Positions 1 through 7,147 of a stretch of DNA of 64,000 bases are shown here, piece by piece. Within the stretch, counting starts at the first letter, position 1; each line of letters begins with the position of its first letter. Source of the DNA: an uncultured beta proteobacterium (lineage in GTDB: Bacteria > Pseudomonadota > Gammaproteobacteria > Burkholderiales > SG8-39). The notes under the pieces were generated by a model, which did not search any database, was not told where the DNA came from, and worked only from the letters and a program-made list of their open reading frames with translations. The DNA lies in the NCBI GenBank assembly GCA_963832685.1, contig CAWHUZ010000008.1, forward strand, positions 129,638 through 193,637, in the 5' to 3' direction. The position numbers and the translations under genes are program-made.

Positions 1-75
1 CCTCCTTCAATGGTGTTTAGAAAACAACGCTTCGAGTCCTGGACGGCTTCCTTCGCGTCATGCAGACGCGCGACG

Positions 76-678
76 TCAGAACTGACCTCCGGGCTTTATG
101 ACTTTGGTGATGCCCGGCACCACAATCTCCCCGTAGGCGAACGACCCCGTCGAGGCCTTTTCATGGCAGTCATTGCAGTTCATGAGCACCTTGACCGCTT
201 CCGGGGGAAAGGGCCGCGAAGTATTGACCCGCGGAGCTGCCTTCTTGACGTACGCAGCCATGAAATGCTTTGCACGGAAGGTCGGCAGGTTCGTGATTCG
301 TAGCGGTGCGACATCTGTCCGCAGCCGGTACAGGATTGCCTGGGCGCCAAGGTATTCTGACTTGTCCGCCGCGTTCGATACGAGGTACTGCTCGATCTCC
401 CGCGCGACGTCTGGCGCCAGCAAGAGCGATTCTCCGAAGTGATCGCCGTTCGCCTTGGTCATCACGGCTTGCCACGAGCGCGCCGGCAGCATGCCGGGGA
501 GGTAAGTGAAATGGCAGGCGCCGCATTCGCTGAGATAGGTCGGATTGCTTGCCGGCGCAAATCCGCCCTTCTCGTACATGTGGGGATTGAAACGATCGTC
601 GACGGCAGCGGCAGGCCCAGCGCCTAGCACGGCCCAAATTGCAGAAGACAGCACCGCTATTTTCACCAAGTTCGGCAT
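76..678 (-). CDS. dihaem cytochrome c (DHC family), periplasmic
   Basis: Two CXXCH motifs (CGACH, CNDCH). Signal-peptide-like N-terminus MPNLVKIAVLSSAIWAVLGAGPAAA from the ATG at 678; the ORF track starts at a GTG at 708. Paralogous to the 781-1326 product (shared SW..VM...DHFGESA and PLRIT motifs). Confidence 0.8.
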   Translation of the reverse strand: MPNLVKIAVLSSAIWAVLGAGPAAAVDDRFNPHMYEKGGFAPASNPTYLSECGACHFTYLPGMLPARSWQAVMTKANGDHFGESLLLAPDVAREIEQYLVSNAADKSEYLGAQAILYRLRTDVAPLRITNLPTFRAKHFMAAYVKKAAPRVNTSRPFPPEAVKVLMNCNDCHEKASTGSFAYGEIVVPGITKVIKPGGQF

Positions 679-780
679 TGCATGGCTCCAGACAAAAGAT
701 TGGGGCACAACTTGGATGTAATGATAACCAAATCCTATCTCCCTGTTGCACCTTGGTACCCTATGCGGGATCGGAGCGTT

Positions 781-1326
781 TCACATACGCCGGAATCTTT
801 CGTCGTTGACGTGGAACGACTTGGTACGGTAGTCGCCGACCTTGATGTCTGGGTGGCACACGCCGCACTCGGTGAGGGTTTTGGGCCGTGGGGTGCCGTT
901 CCAGACCGGATCGAGCACTGCGGCGTGCAGCCCCGCGATATAGGGCACCTGGGTGATGCGAAGCGGCGCCTCGTTCGGGTGCAGCGATCGCATGATGGCG
1001 TGGGACTGATCATTTGTGGCCCGATCGGCCGCGTGCGCGACCAGGTACTGGGCGATGTTGTGCTGGGTGGGCGCATCGAGCTTGGCCGATTCGCCGAAAT
1101 GATCCTCCAGCCGCGCCATCACCTTGCGCCAGGACGCCGCCGGCAGCAGCTCGGGCGAGAACGCCATGTGGCAGGCCCCGCACTCCTTGATATAGGTGGC
1201 GTCGGTCGGCACCAGCACGCGTCCGGATGCCGCGAACACCGGCGCGCCAAGCGCGGCCCAGCCGCCGCACACGCTCGCCGCAGCGAGCGCGAGCGCGCCA
1301 ACCCCATGTTTCATCGTTCTCATCAT
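781..1326 (-). CDS. dihaem cytochrome c (DHC family), periplasmic
   Basis: Two CXXCH motifs (CGACH, CGVCH) and a signal peptide. GGGGAG Shine-Dalgarno directly upstream of tandem ATG ATG; the exact start (1326, 1323 or 1314) is uncertain. Lies 16 nt downstream of the DUF1924 gene. Confidence 0.8.
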   Translation of the reverse strand: MMRTMKHGVGALALAAASVCGGWAALGAPVFAASGRVLVPTDATYIKECGACHMAFSPELLPAASWRKVMARLEDHFGESAKLDAPTQHNIAQYLVAHAADRATNDQSHAIMRSLHPNEAPLRITQVPYIAGLHAAVLDPVWNGTPRPKTLTECGVCHPDIKVGDYRTKSFHVNDERFRRM

Positions 1327-1342
1327 CTCCCCTTTCGTTGTT

Positions 1343-1753
1343 TTATCGACTCCTGATCATCGTCAGCACGTCGCCCTTTTCCTGCGCCGTGCATTCCCGG
1401 CCCAGCGTCCACTTGCAATTGCGCGCAAGCCACTTCTCGATCTTCTTCTTGTCCGACAGGCGCTCCGGATTGACCGAGGGCGCCATCGGTTTGATGATCT
1501 TGCCGGTGGTCGCGTGCTTGCCCATCTTGCTCAGATCGGTCGTGTGGCACAGCGCACAGCGGCGCACCTGGCCGGTCTTGGGATTGATGACCTCGCGCTC
1601 CCAGAGCTGCTCGCCGGCGGCGACCGTGAACCCGCCCGCGCCCTGCCCCTGGAACTGCTGCAGCAGCTCGTCCACCGGACCGGCAAAGGCCCTGGCGTGC
1701 ATCCCCAGCAGCGCCAGCCCTGCCGCCAGCGCGATACTGCGTAAGCCTGGCAT
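1343..1753 (-). CDS. SHP-type (DUF1924) monohaem c-type cytochrome
   Basis: Internal ATG at 1753 gives the signal peptide MPGLRSIALAAGLALLGMHARAFA and a 112-aa mature protein. It has a single CALCH and an Asn-Cys...Cys segment (ARNCKWTLGREC). The size and the Asn88/disulfide arrangement match what I recall for sphaeroides haem protein. Gene context is DHC plus cytochrome b. Confidence 0.7.
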   Translation of the reverse strand: MPGLRSIALAAGLALLGMHARAFAGPVDELLQQFQGQGAGGFTVAAGEQLWEREVINPKTGQVRRCALCHTTDLSKMGKHATTGKIIKPMAPSVNPERLSDKKKIEKWLARNCKWTLGRECTAQEKGDVLTMIRSR

Positions 1754-1757
1754 GGGG

Positions 1758-2882
1758 TCAGTTTCCCTTTTGCCCCTGGGATCGGCCCAGGTCGATATCG
1801 ATCGCCCCGGGCGCGAAGCGCCCCGCCTCGGCGTCGCGGTGACACTTGCCGCAATCCGAGCGGTGCACGCGCTTCCAGATCGCCTCATCGAGCCGGGCGT
1901 GGCGCTGCACCCAGTAGGGCGTATCGCTGATGCGCAAGGGCGCCCCCGCCGCGGCAATCGTCGTTGCCATCTTCCAGGCCAGCGGCGAGGCCAGCGCCTC
2001 GGCGGCGTTGCGAGCCGCGTAGGCCTGCAGATGGCGCAAGGTCTGCCCGCTCAAGCCCAGGTCCTCGCCAAAGTGCGACTGTTGCTCGGCGAACATCTTC
2101 GACCATGAGCGCTCCGGCAGCAGCGAGGGGTGGTAGGCGAGGTGACAAGGGCCGCACTCGCTCTTCCATAGCGCGTCCAGCGCCAGGGCCGGGAGCCGAT
2201 CGCGCTGCGCTCGCCCCGCCAGGGGGTAGGCGCGGAAGTACGCGAGCGCTCCAAGGCCCAGGGCAAGCGCGAGCGCAAGGGCCACGCCGCGCCTTGGCTG
2301 CACCGGCGCGATCGCGCCCTCGGCGCGCTTGGAGCCGGTGAGCATCGAGGCCACCAGGTTCTGCCGGTCGGCCAGGCAGCCCACCAGCACTCCGAGGATA
2401 TGAACCCCCACCACCGCGAGCATCGCGTAGGCGAGCCACTGGTGAGCGGCGTGGGCGATGTCGCCCACCCGGTAGCCGAACCAGCCCGCGAGCATGCCTT
2501 GGCGCTTCTCGGCCCCGAGCGTGACAAGGCCCGTAACGACTTCCAGCCCCGCGAGCGTGAGAAGCACGTAGATCGACCAGCTGCCCGCGGGGTTGTGCCC
2601 GAGGTAGTGCCCCTGGCGGCCTCGCAAGAGCGCAGCGAGATAGCGCCAGGCAGAAAGGGGGGAGTAAGCGAAGCTCGCGAAGCGCGCCCAGTGCGTGCCG
2701 GCGAACCCCCACACCAGGCGAAACGCGACCAGCGCGCCGATCGCGTAGCCCAGGAATTCGTGAACATCGAGCTGGCCTGCGTCGCGCGTGAGCCAATCGC
2801 CCGCCACGCACCCAGCCAGCGTCCAGTGAAATACCCGCGTCGGCGCATCCCAGATGCGCACGCGGTGAGTAGCGTCGGCCAT
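1758..2882 (-). CDS. membrane cytochrome b561-like domain fused to a C-terminal dihaem cytochrome c domain
   Basis: The N-terminal half has 4 TM helices with conserved His residues (VFHWTLAG, HEFLGY, GHNPAGSW, HQWLAYAMLAVVGVH), typical of the Ni-hydrogenase-type cytochrome b family. The C-terminal half has CGPCH and CGKCH plus SWSKMF..HFGEDL and PLRIS motifs shared with the two DHC paralogs. Start taken at ATG 2882 (MADATHRVRIWD); no clear SD. Confidence 0.75.
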   Translation of the reverse strand: MADATHRVRIWDAPTRVFHWTLAGCVAGDWLTRDAGQLDVHEFLGYAIGALVAFRLVWGFAGTHWARFASFAYSPLSAWRYLAALLRGRQGHYLGHNPAGSWSIYVLLTLAGLEVVTGLVTLGAEKRQGMLAGWFGYRVGDIAHAAHQWLAYAMLAVVGVHILGVLVGCLADRQNLVASMLTGSKRAEGAIAPVQPRRGVALALALALGLGALAYFRAYPLAGRAQRDRLPALALDALWKSECGPCHLAYHPSLLPERSWSKMFAEQQSHFGEDLGLSGQTLRHLQAYAARNAAEALASPLAWKMATTIAAAGAPLRISDTPYWVQRHARLDEAIWKRVHRSDCGKCHRDAEAGRFAPGAIDIDLGRSQGQKGN

Positions 2883-2931
2883 GGCGACATCGGTCAATTC
2901 AGCTTGAAAAAGGTTACGCAGACTCAACAGC

Positions 2932-2984
2932 ACAAAAAATCTCCCCGGACAGAAGCCGCTCGCGCGGCCCCTGCGCGGGGAGAT
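2932..2984 (-). terminator. Rho-independent terminator after the Cyc2-like gene
   Basis: On the minus strand a 9-bp stem (ATCTCCCCG / CGGGGAGAT, 2939-2947 and 2976-2984) encloses an inner GCCGC/GCGGC hairpin and is followed by a U-run (plus-strand AAAAAA at 2934-2939). It lies 27 nt after the TAG stop at 3011-3013. Confidence 0.6.
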
Positions 2985-3010
2985 GGACTTTACGTCGATT
3001 GAACCGTCGT

Positions 3011-4432
3011 CTAGAAGCTGTACTCCATGCCGAGGTCCCAGCTCTTCGATTTCCTTTCCACGCCTGCGAAATTGCGCGTCGTCTGCTCCAGCGGCAAGAC
3101 CAAGTGCATGCTGAAGTTCATCGCAGGGTTCCACAACAGCGTGATACCAGTGCCAGTGCGATTGCCGAAATCGGTCGTCACCCCCGCCGGACTCGTGTAC
3201 TGGTACTTCGAGTCACGGTAGTAGAACGCCTCGATGCCGTAAGTGCGCTTGTAGAAATAGCGCCCTATGACGCCCATGACGTCGCGCTTCGCACTCGCTC
3301 CACTCTTGTAGTCCTGCTTGGTGCCGTCGAGTTTTCCCATCAGGACCCAGGAATGCGGTCCGCGATCGGCCACATCCCACTCGGCGCGGATGCTGTAGGT
3401 GTTGAACTTGTCCACCTCTTCCACCGGAGCGCCGCTGATCGAATACCCGCCGAGCGTGTTGCTGAACGACAGGCCGCCAGAGTCGCTTATCCCCGCAGGA
3501 CAGGTTCCCGTGCAGATGAAGCTGACCTTGGTCGGGGTCAGGATCGAGGCATTGTCGTTGCCGTTCGCGCCTTCGAACGCCACCCACAAGTCGTTGTCGG
3601 TCTTGCGGAAGAAGTCGTAGGCGACGTTGTAGTACACCTGCGAGCCGTCCGACCAGCTGTTGTTCGTCACCCCGGTGTTGGGTGCGATCTGCAGCCACAA
3701 GCGATCGTCGATCAGGGCGTGGAAGCTGATCGTCATCATGTCCAGCGACTTGCCCGAACCGCCCTGCCCCAGGCTGAAGAAGCGCGGGATCCCGAGCGGG
3801 AACACGAACTGGCTCACCACGTCGCCCGGCTCGTTGCCTATCGACATGCCGATGAAGCTGTTCTCGCCGACGTTGCGCGAGGTCGACAGACGGTACTCGT
3901 CGTAGGCGAACAGGTTAAGCCCCGTGGGCGTGCCCGCAACCGAGCCGTTGACCGCGCTCAGGTTGTTGTTGCCCAGGTAGCCGATCTCCGTCCACAGGCC
4001 CATCCAGTCGGTCACCGGCCCGGTGTAGAACAACGCCATGCGCGACAGCGGCTTGGAAGTCACATCGCCTTTCACTCCGTTTACCTCGGACTGCGAGGCG
4101 ATCGAGGACACCAAGCGCGCGGCGAAGAAGTCCGTCCAGTTGAGCGAGATGTAGTCCCCGCCGTACTGCGGCTCTCCGTCCACCGTCTGGCCGTCTCCGC
4201 GCAGCTTCTCGCGCACGATCGGCCGGGTGTAGCCGCGCATCGCGAACAGACGCCCGGTACGGGTGAAGTTCGGAACGTTGTCGGTGCCGATGTGGCAGGA
4301 ATTGCAGACCATGCCGGTCTGGCGTGCAAAGCTCGGCATCGCCTGCGAGTTGCTGGCCAGGAACGGCAACGCGCACACCAGCGCTCCCGCGGCCAGTTTG
4401 GTTGCACTTCTTGTACTGTTAAGCCACTTCAT
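3011..4432 (-). CDS. outer-membrane fused monohaem cytochrome-porin, Cyc2-like (candidate Fe(II) oxidase)
   Basis: Signal peptide ending SNSQA, then a single CNSCH at residues 43-47 in the context PSFARQTGMVCNSCH. About 420 aa follow of beta-barrel-like alternating sequence rich in G/Y/N/D/S, ending with the OMP signature ...GMEYSF. Strong SD GGGAGGAG lies 5 nt upstream of the ATG at 4432. Confidence 0.6.
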   Translation of the reverse strand: MKWLNSTRSATKLAAGALVCALPFLASNSQAMPSFARQTGMVCNSCHIGTDNVPNFTRTGRLFAMRGYTRPIVREKLRGDGQTVDGEPQYGGDYISLNWTDFFAARLVSSIASQSEVNGVKGDVTSKPLSRMALFYTGPVTDWMGLWTEIGYLGNNNLSAVNGSVAGTPTGLNLFAYDEYRLSTSRNVGENSFIGMSIGNEPGDVVSQFVFPLGIPRFFSLGQGGSGKSLDMMTISFHALIDDRLWLQIAPNTGVTNNSWSDGSQVYYNVAYDFFRKTDNDLWVAFEGANGNDNASILTPTKVSFICTGTCPAGISDSGGLSFSNTLGGYSISGAPVEEVDKFNTYSIRAEWDVADRGPHSWVLMGKLDGTKQDYKSGASAKRDVMGVIGRYFYKRTYGIEAFYYRDSKYQYTSPAGVTTDFGNRTGTGITLLWNPAMNFSMHLVLPLEQTTRNFAGVERKSKSWDLGMEYSF

Positions 4433-4481
4433 GATGCTCCTCCCAGCTGGTTCAAAAGGATTGGGTTAGCGCTGAGCACGG

Positions 4482-4961
4482 CTAGTGCTGCAGATCGGTC
4501 TTCAGGAAATTGACCAGCCCGTCCACGTCGAACACTGCCTCGGCGCCAAACGCGGGCATGTTCGGATACGACTCGTGGTAGAGCCGCTCCCTGCCGTTAC
4601 GACCCAGCCGGATGACCCTGATGATCGCGGCCGCCGGTGCGTGCTGCACGAAGGGATTGCCCTTCAGCGCCGGCGCCATATGCGGCCACTCGTGGTCGGT
4701 ACCTTCGCCGTTTGCGCCGTGACAAGAACCGCAGCGCAACCGGAACAGGTTGCGGAAGTTCTCGTGCTCGCCGACCACCGGATGGGTCGGGAAGACCGGC
4801 TCGGCCAAGGCGTATGTACTACTTGCCATGGCGCCAACGAAGACTCCTAGAGTTATCAATCTCAGTTTCGCCTTCACGTCATCTCTCCTTTGGTTGAAAG
4901 CCACCAAGTACCCGGGTACTTCACCTTCACCTGCACGCTGCCTGAAGCGATGCTTCGTCAT
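4482..4961 (-). CDS. monohaem class I c-type cytochrome, periplasmic
   Basis: Single CGSCH followed by GANGEG, with a distal Met region (YPNMPAF) and a hydrophobic signal/anchor LITLGVFVGAMASSTYALA. The ATG overlaps the upstream stop (ATGA at 4958-4961). Confidence 0.75.
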   Translation of the reverse strand: MTKHRFRQRAGEGEVPGYLVAFNQRRDDVKAKLRLITLGVFVGAMASSTYALAEPVFPTHPVVGEHENFRNLFRLRCGSCHGANGEGTDHEWPHMAPALKGNPFVQHAPAAAIIRVIRLGRNGRERLYHESYPNMPAFGAEAVFDVDGLVNFLKTDLQH

Positions 4962-5704
4962 CTGCCCGCAATCACCGTGATCTCCACCAGGGCGCCGCGC
5001 GGCAAGTGCCCGACCTCCACCACGGCGCGTGCCGGCGGCGTGCCCTTGAAGAAACCGTGATAGACCGCGTCCATGCTCCTGAATTGGCTGATGCTCGAGA
5101 GGTACACCGTGGCGTAGACCACGTTGGCCATCGTCAGGTGATTGCTCTCGAGGATGAGGCGGATGTTCTGCAGCGCCAGGTGCGTCTGCGCCTCGATGCT
5201 CTGGGTCGGATCGAAAGCGCCGCTGGCCTGATCGATGGCGATCTGCCCGGACACGAACAGCAAGTCGCCGTAGCGCGTGGCCTGGGTATAGCGGTTGAAC
5301 AGATCGCTCGAGGCGTCCGCCGAAGCCATCGCGCCGCTTGAAGAAGCTGCGCGCGGCGCAGCCTGCGCCATCGCGGTCCTGGGCGCTTCGCTCGGAGCCG
5401 TCGCCACCACGGGCGCCGCTTCGCGCGCGGGCATCACCGCAGCTTCATGCGCCGCAACGGGCGCTTGAACGCGCGCGGCCTGCGTGGGCTGCGCGCCGCC
5501 GGATGCGCGCTCGGGCTCGTCCTCGCGCTTGTACACGACGCCGCCCTTCTCTTCGATGCTCGAGGGCGCATCGCCCGGGCCCTGCTTGTACACCAGCGGC
5601 CGTCCGCCGAGCGTCGTAACCCCCATCCCAGAGCAACCCACGAGCACGGCACACAGCGCCGCACACGCGAGTCCCATCCAACGGAATGGAAGACATTCCG
5701 ACAT
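4958..5704 (-). CDS. lipoprotein with C-terminal RidA/YjgF/L-PSP (endoribonuclease/enamine deaminase) domain
   Basis: Lipobox LVGC|SG after MSECLPFRWMGLACAALCAV, a roughly 110-aa Ala/Pro-rich linker, then a canonical RidA domain (GDLLFVSGQIAID...VYLSSISQF..MDAVY..FF......PARAVVEV..LPRGALVEI). SD GGGAGGAG lies 7 nt upstream of ATG 5704. Confidence 0.7.
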   Translation of the reverse strand: MSECLPFRWMGLACAALCAVLVGCSGMGVTTLGGRPLVYKQGPGDAPSSIEEKGGVVYKREDEPERASGGAQPTQAARVQAPVAAHEAAVMPAREAAPVVATAPSEAPRTAMAQAAPRAASSSGAMASADASSDLFNRYTQATRYGDLLFVSGQIAIDQASGAFDPTQSIEAQTHLALQNIRLILESNHLTMANVVYATVYLSSISQFRSMDAVYHGFFKGTPPARAVVEVGHLPRGALVEITVIAGR

Positions 5705-5800
5705 CAACTTTCTCCTCCCTCTTCTTTGCCCGGCTGTCGGCTGCACTTGCGCGTGCATTGCCACCCAGCCGAGCCGCACCCTCATTTTTCTTGCAAAAAG

Positions 5801-5853
5801 TTGACGCTGAACATGACGTCAGCTTGACGTCAAGATGACAGCTAGACGTCAAG
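5801..5853. promoter_or_regulatory. array of TGACGTCA-type palindromes upstream of the RidA-lipoprotein/cyt c/Cyc2-like unit
   Basis: TGAC cores occur at 5802, 5814, 5825 and 5837, plus AGACGTCA at 5844, with 11-12 nt phasing. Two are perfect TGACGTCA, and there is a perfect 10-bp palindrome TTGACGTCAA at 5824-5833. The array is 100-150 nt upstream of ATG 5704. Confidence 0.35.
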
Positions 5854-6199
5854 TTGGCAACAGCTATGCCAAATCCAATGCGAAACTGGGCTCTGAAGCG
5901 GCGGCAGTAGTTTTCGAATTCAGCGCTTCACAGCCTCAGAGCCGCACGCGCTTGAGCGTCATAAGTTTGGCCATTCCGACCAATCTATGCTCAATCAAAA
6001 CAGTTCATTAAGAATCATATGCGTCTGGGGCGAACGACGAATTAGCGGTATTCCACAGCTGCCTTGGACGCTGTTGTATATGCGCAACAATTGCCTATCA
6101 GCCGCGCGTCCCTTCAAGCGCGAAGCCGTGGGTTCGCAATGAAGCGTTTACGGGACGCAGGGCCCGCGCGAAACGTCTTCCGCATTACATTCAGAGCGC

Positions 6200-6979
6200 A
6201 TGCGCCGTCGTCGCCGTTTCCGAACCCTCCGTCGCGCCCTGCGGGTGTTGCTGACCGCGCCTCGGGGAATTCGGGCCGTCATCGTCCTGGTCGCGCTTGT
6301 TGCGCTATCGCTCGCGGTGAACTGGACTTATCAGGTCATGCGCAAGCCGACCGAGTTGTTCTTTCCGGTGAGCGGTGCCCTCACCAAAACTCCGGCCGAG
6401 ACGTGGGAGCAATATGAGCCGATTTTCCACGAGCATTCCACGGCCACGATCACGCCGGAATTTCTCGCGGCGCTCGCCCAAGTCGAGGGCGCGGGCAATC
6501 CGGTTGCCCGAACCTATTGGCGCTGGCGCCTCACCCCGGAACCCTTCGATCTGTATCGTCCTGCATCAACCGCCGTCGGCATGTACCAGACGACCAATGC
6601 GACGTTCCGCGAAGCCAGGCGCTACTGCGTTCACGATCACAAAGTGGCACAGGAGGGCGCCTGGTACGACTTCAATTCATGCTGGTTCAACTTCCTGTAC
6701 ATGCGCATCGTTCCGAGCCATGCCGTCGAGATGACGGCGGCCTTGCTCGATCGCCGGGTCGCCCAAATCCTGTCAGGCCGGGCAGCCGCCACGCTGCAAC
6801 AGAAGCAGAATCTCGCCGCAGTGATCCATCTGTGCGGCGCCGCGGCTGGGGAATCCTACGCAAGGCGTGAGTTCCAGCTGACGCCGGGCCAGCGCTGCGG
6901 CGACCACGACGTCAGTCGATACCTGGTCCGACTCAACGCAACGAAGAGTATGTTTTTCCGATTGGCGAACGGTCGCTAA
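6200..6979 (+). CDS. membrane-anchored lytic transglycosylase (SLT domain)-like protein
   Basis: Arg-rich N-terminus plus a TM helix (AVIVLVALVALSLAV). SLT-like catalytic region LAQVEGAGNP ... STAVGMYQTTNATF. Confidence 0.55.
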   Translation: MRRRRRFRTLRRALRVLLTAPRGIRAVIVLVALVALSLAVNWTYQVMRKPTELFFPVSGALTKTPAETWEQYEPIFHEHSTATITPEFLAALAQVEGAGNPVARTYWRWRLTPEPFDLYRPASTAVGMYQTTNATFREARRYCVHDHKVAQEGAWYDFNSCWFNFLYMRIVPSHAVEMTAALLDRRVAQILSGRAAATLQQKQNLAAVIHLCGAAAGESYARREFQLTPGQRCGDHDVSRYLVRLNATKSMFFRLANGR

Positions 6980-7147
6980 GCTGATTCCGCGCGTCCCGCG
7001 GCGTGGGACGTGCCGATTGCGCCACCGGGGCGGCTGCGCAGTGGAGGGCCGGTGGATGCCCGGCCGACTTGCTGCGCGGACGGGATTGCGCCAAGCTTAC
7101 AATCGGTCAATTCGCCACACGGCCGCACGCCCGGAACCCAGCTAGCG

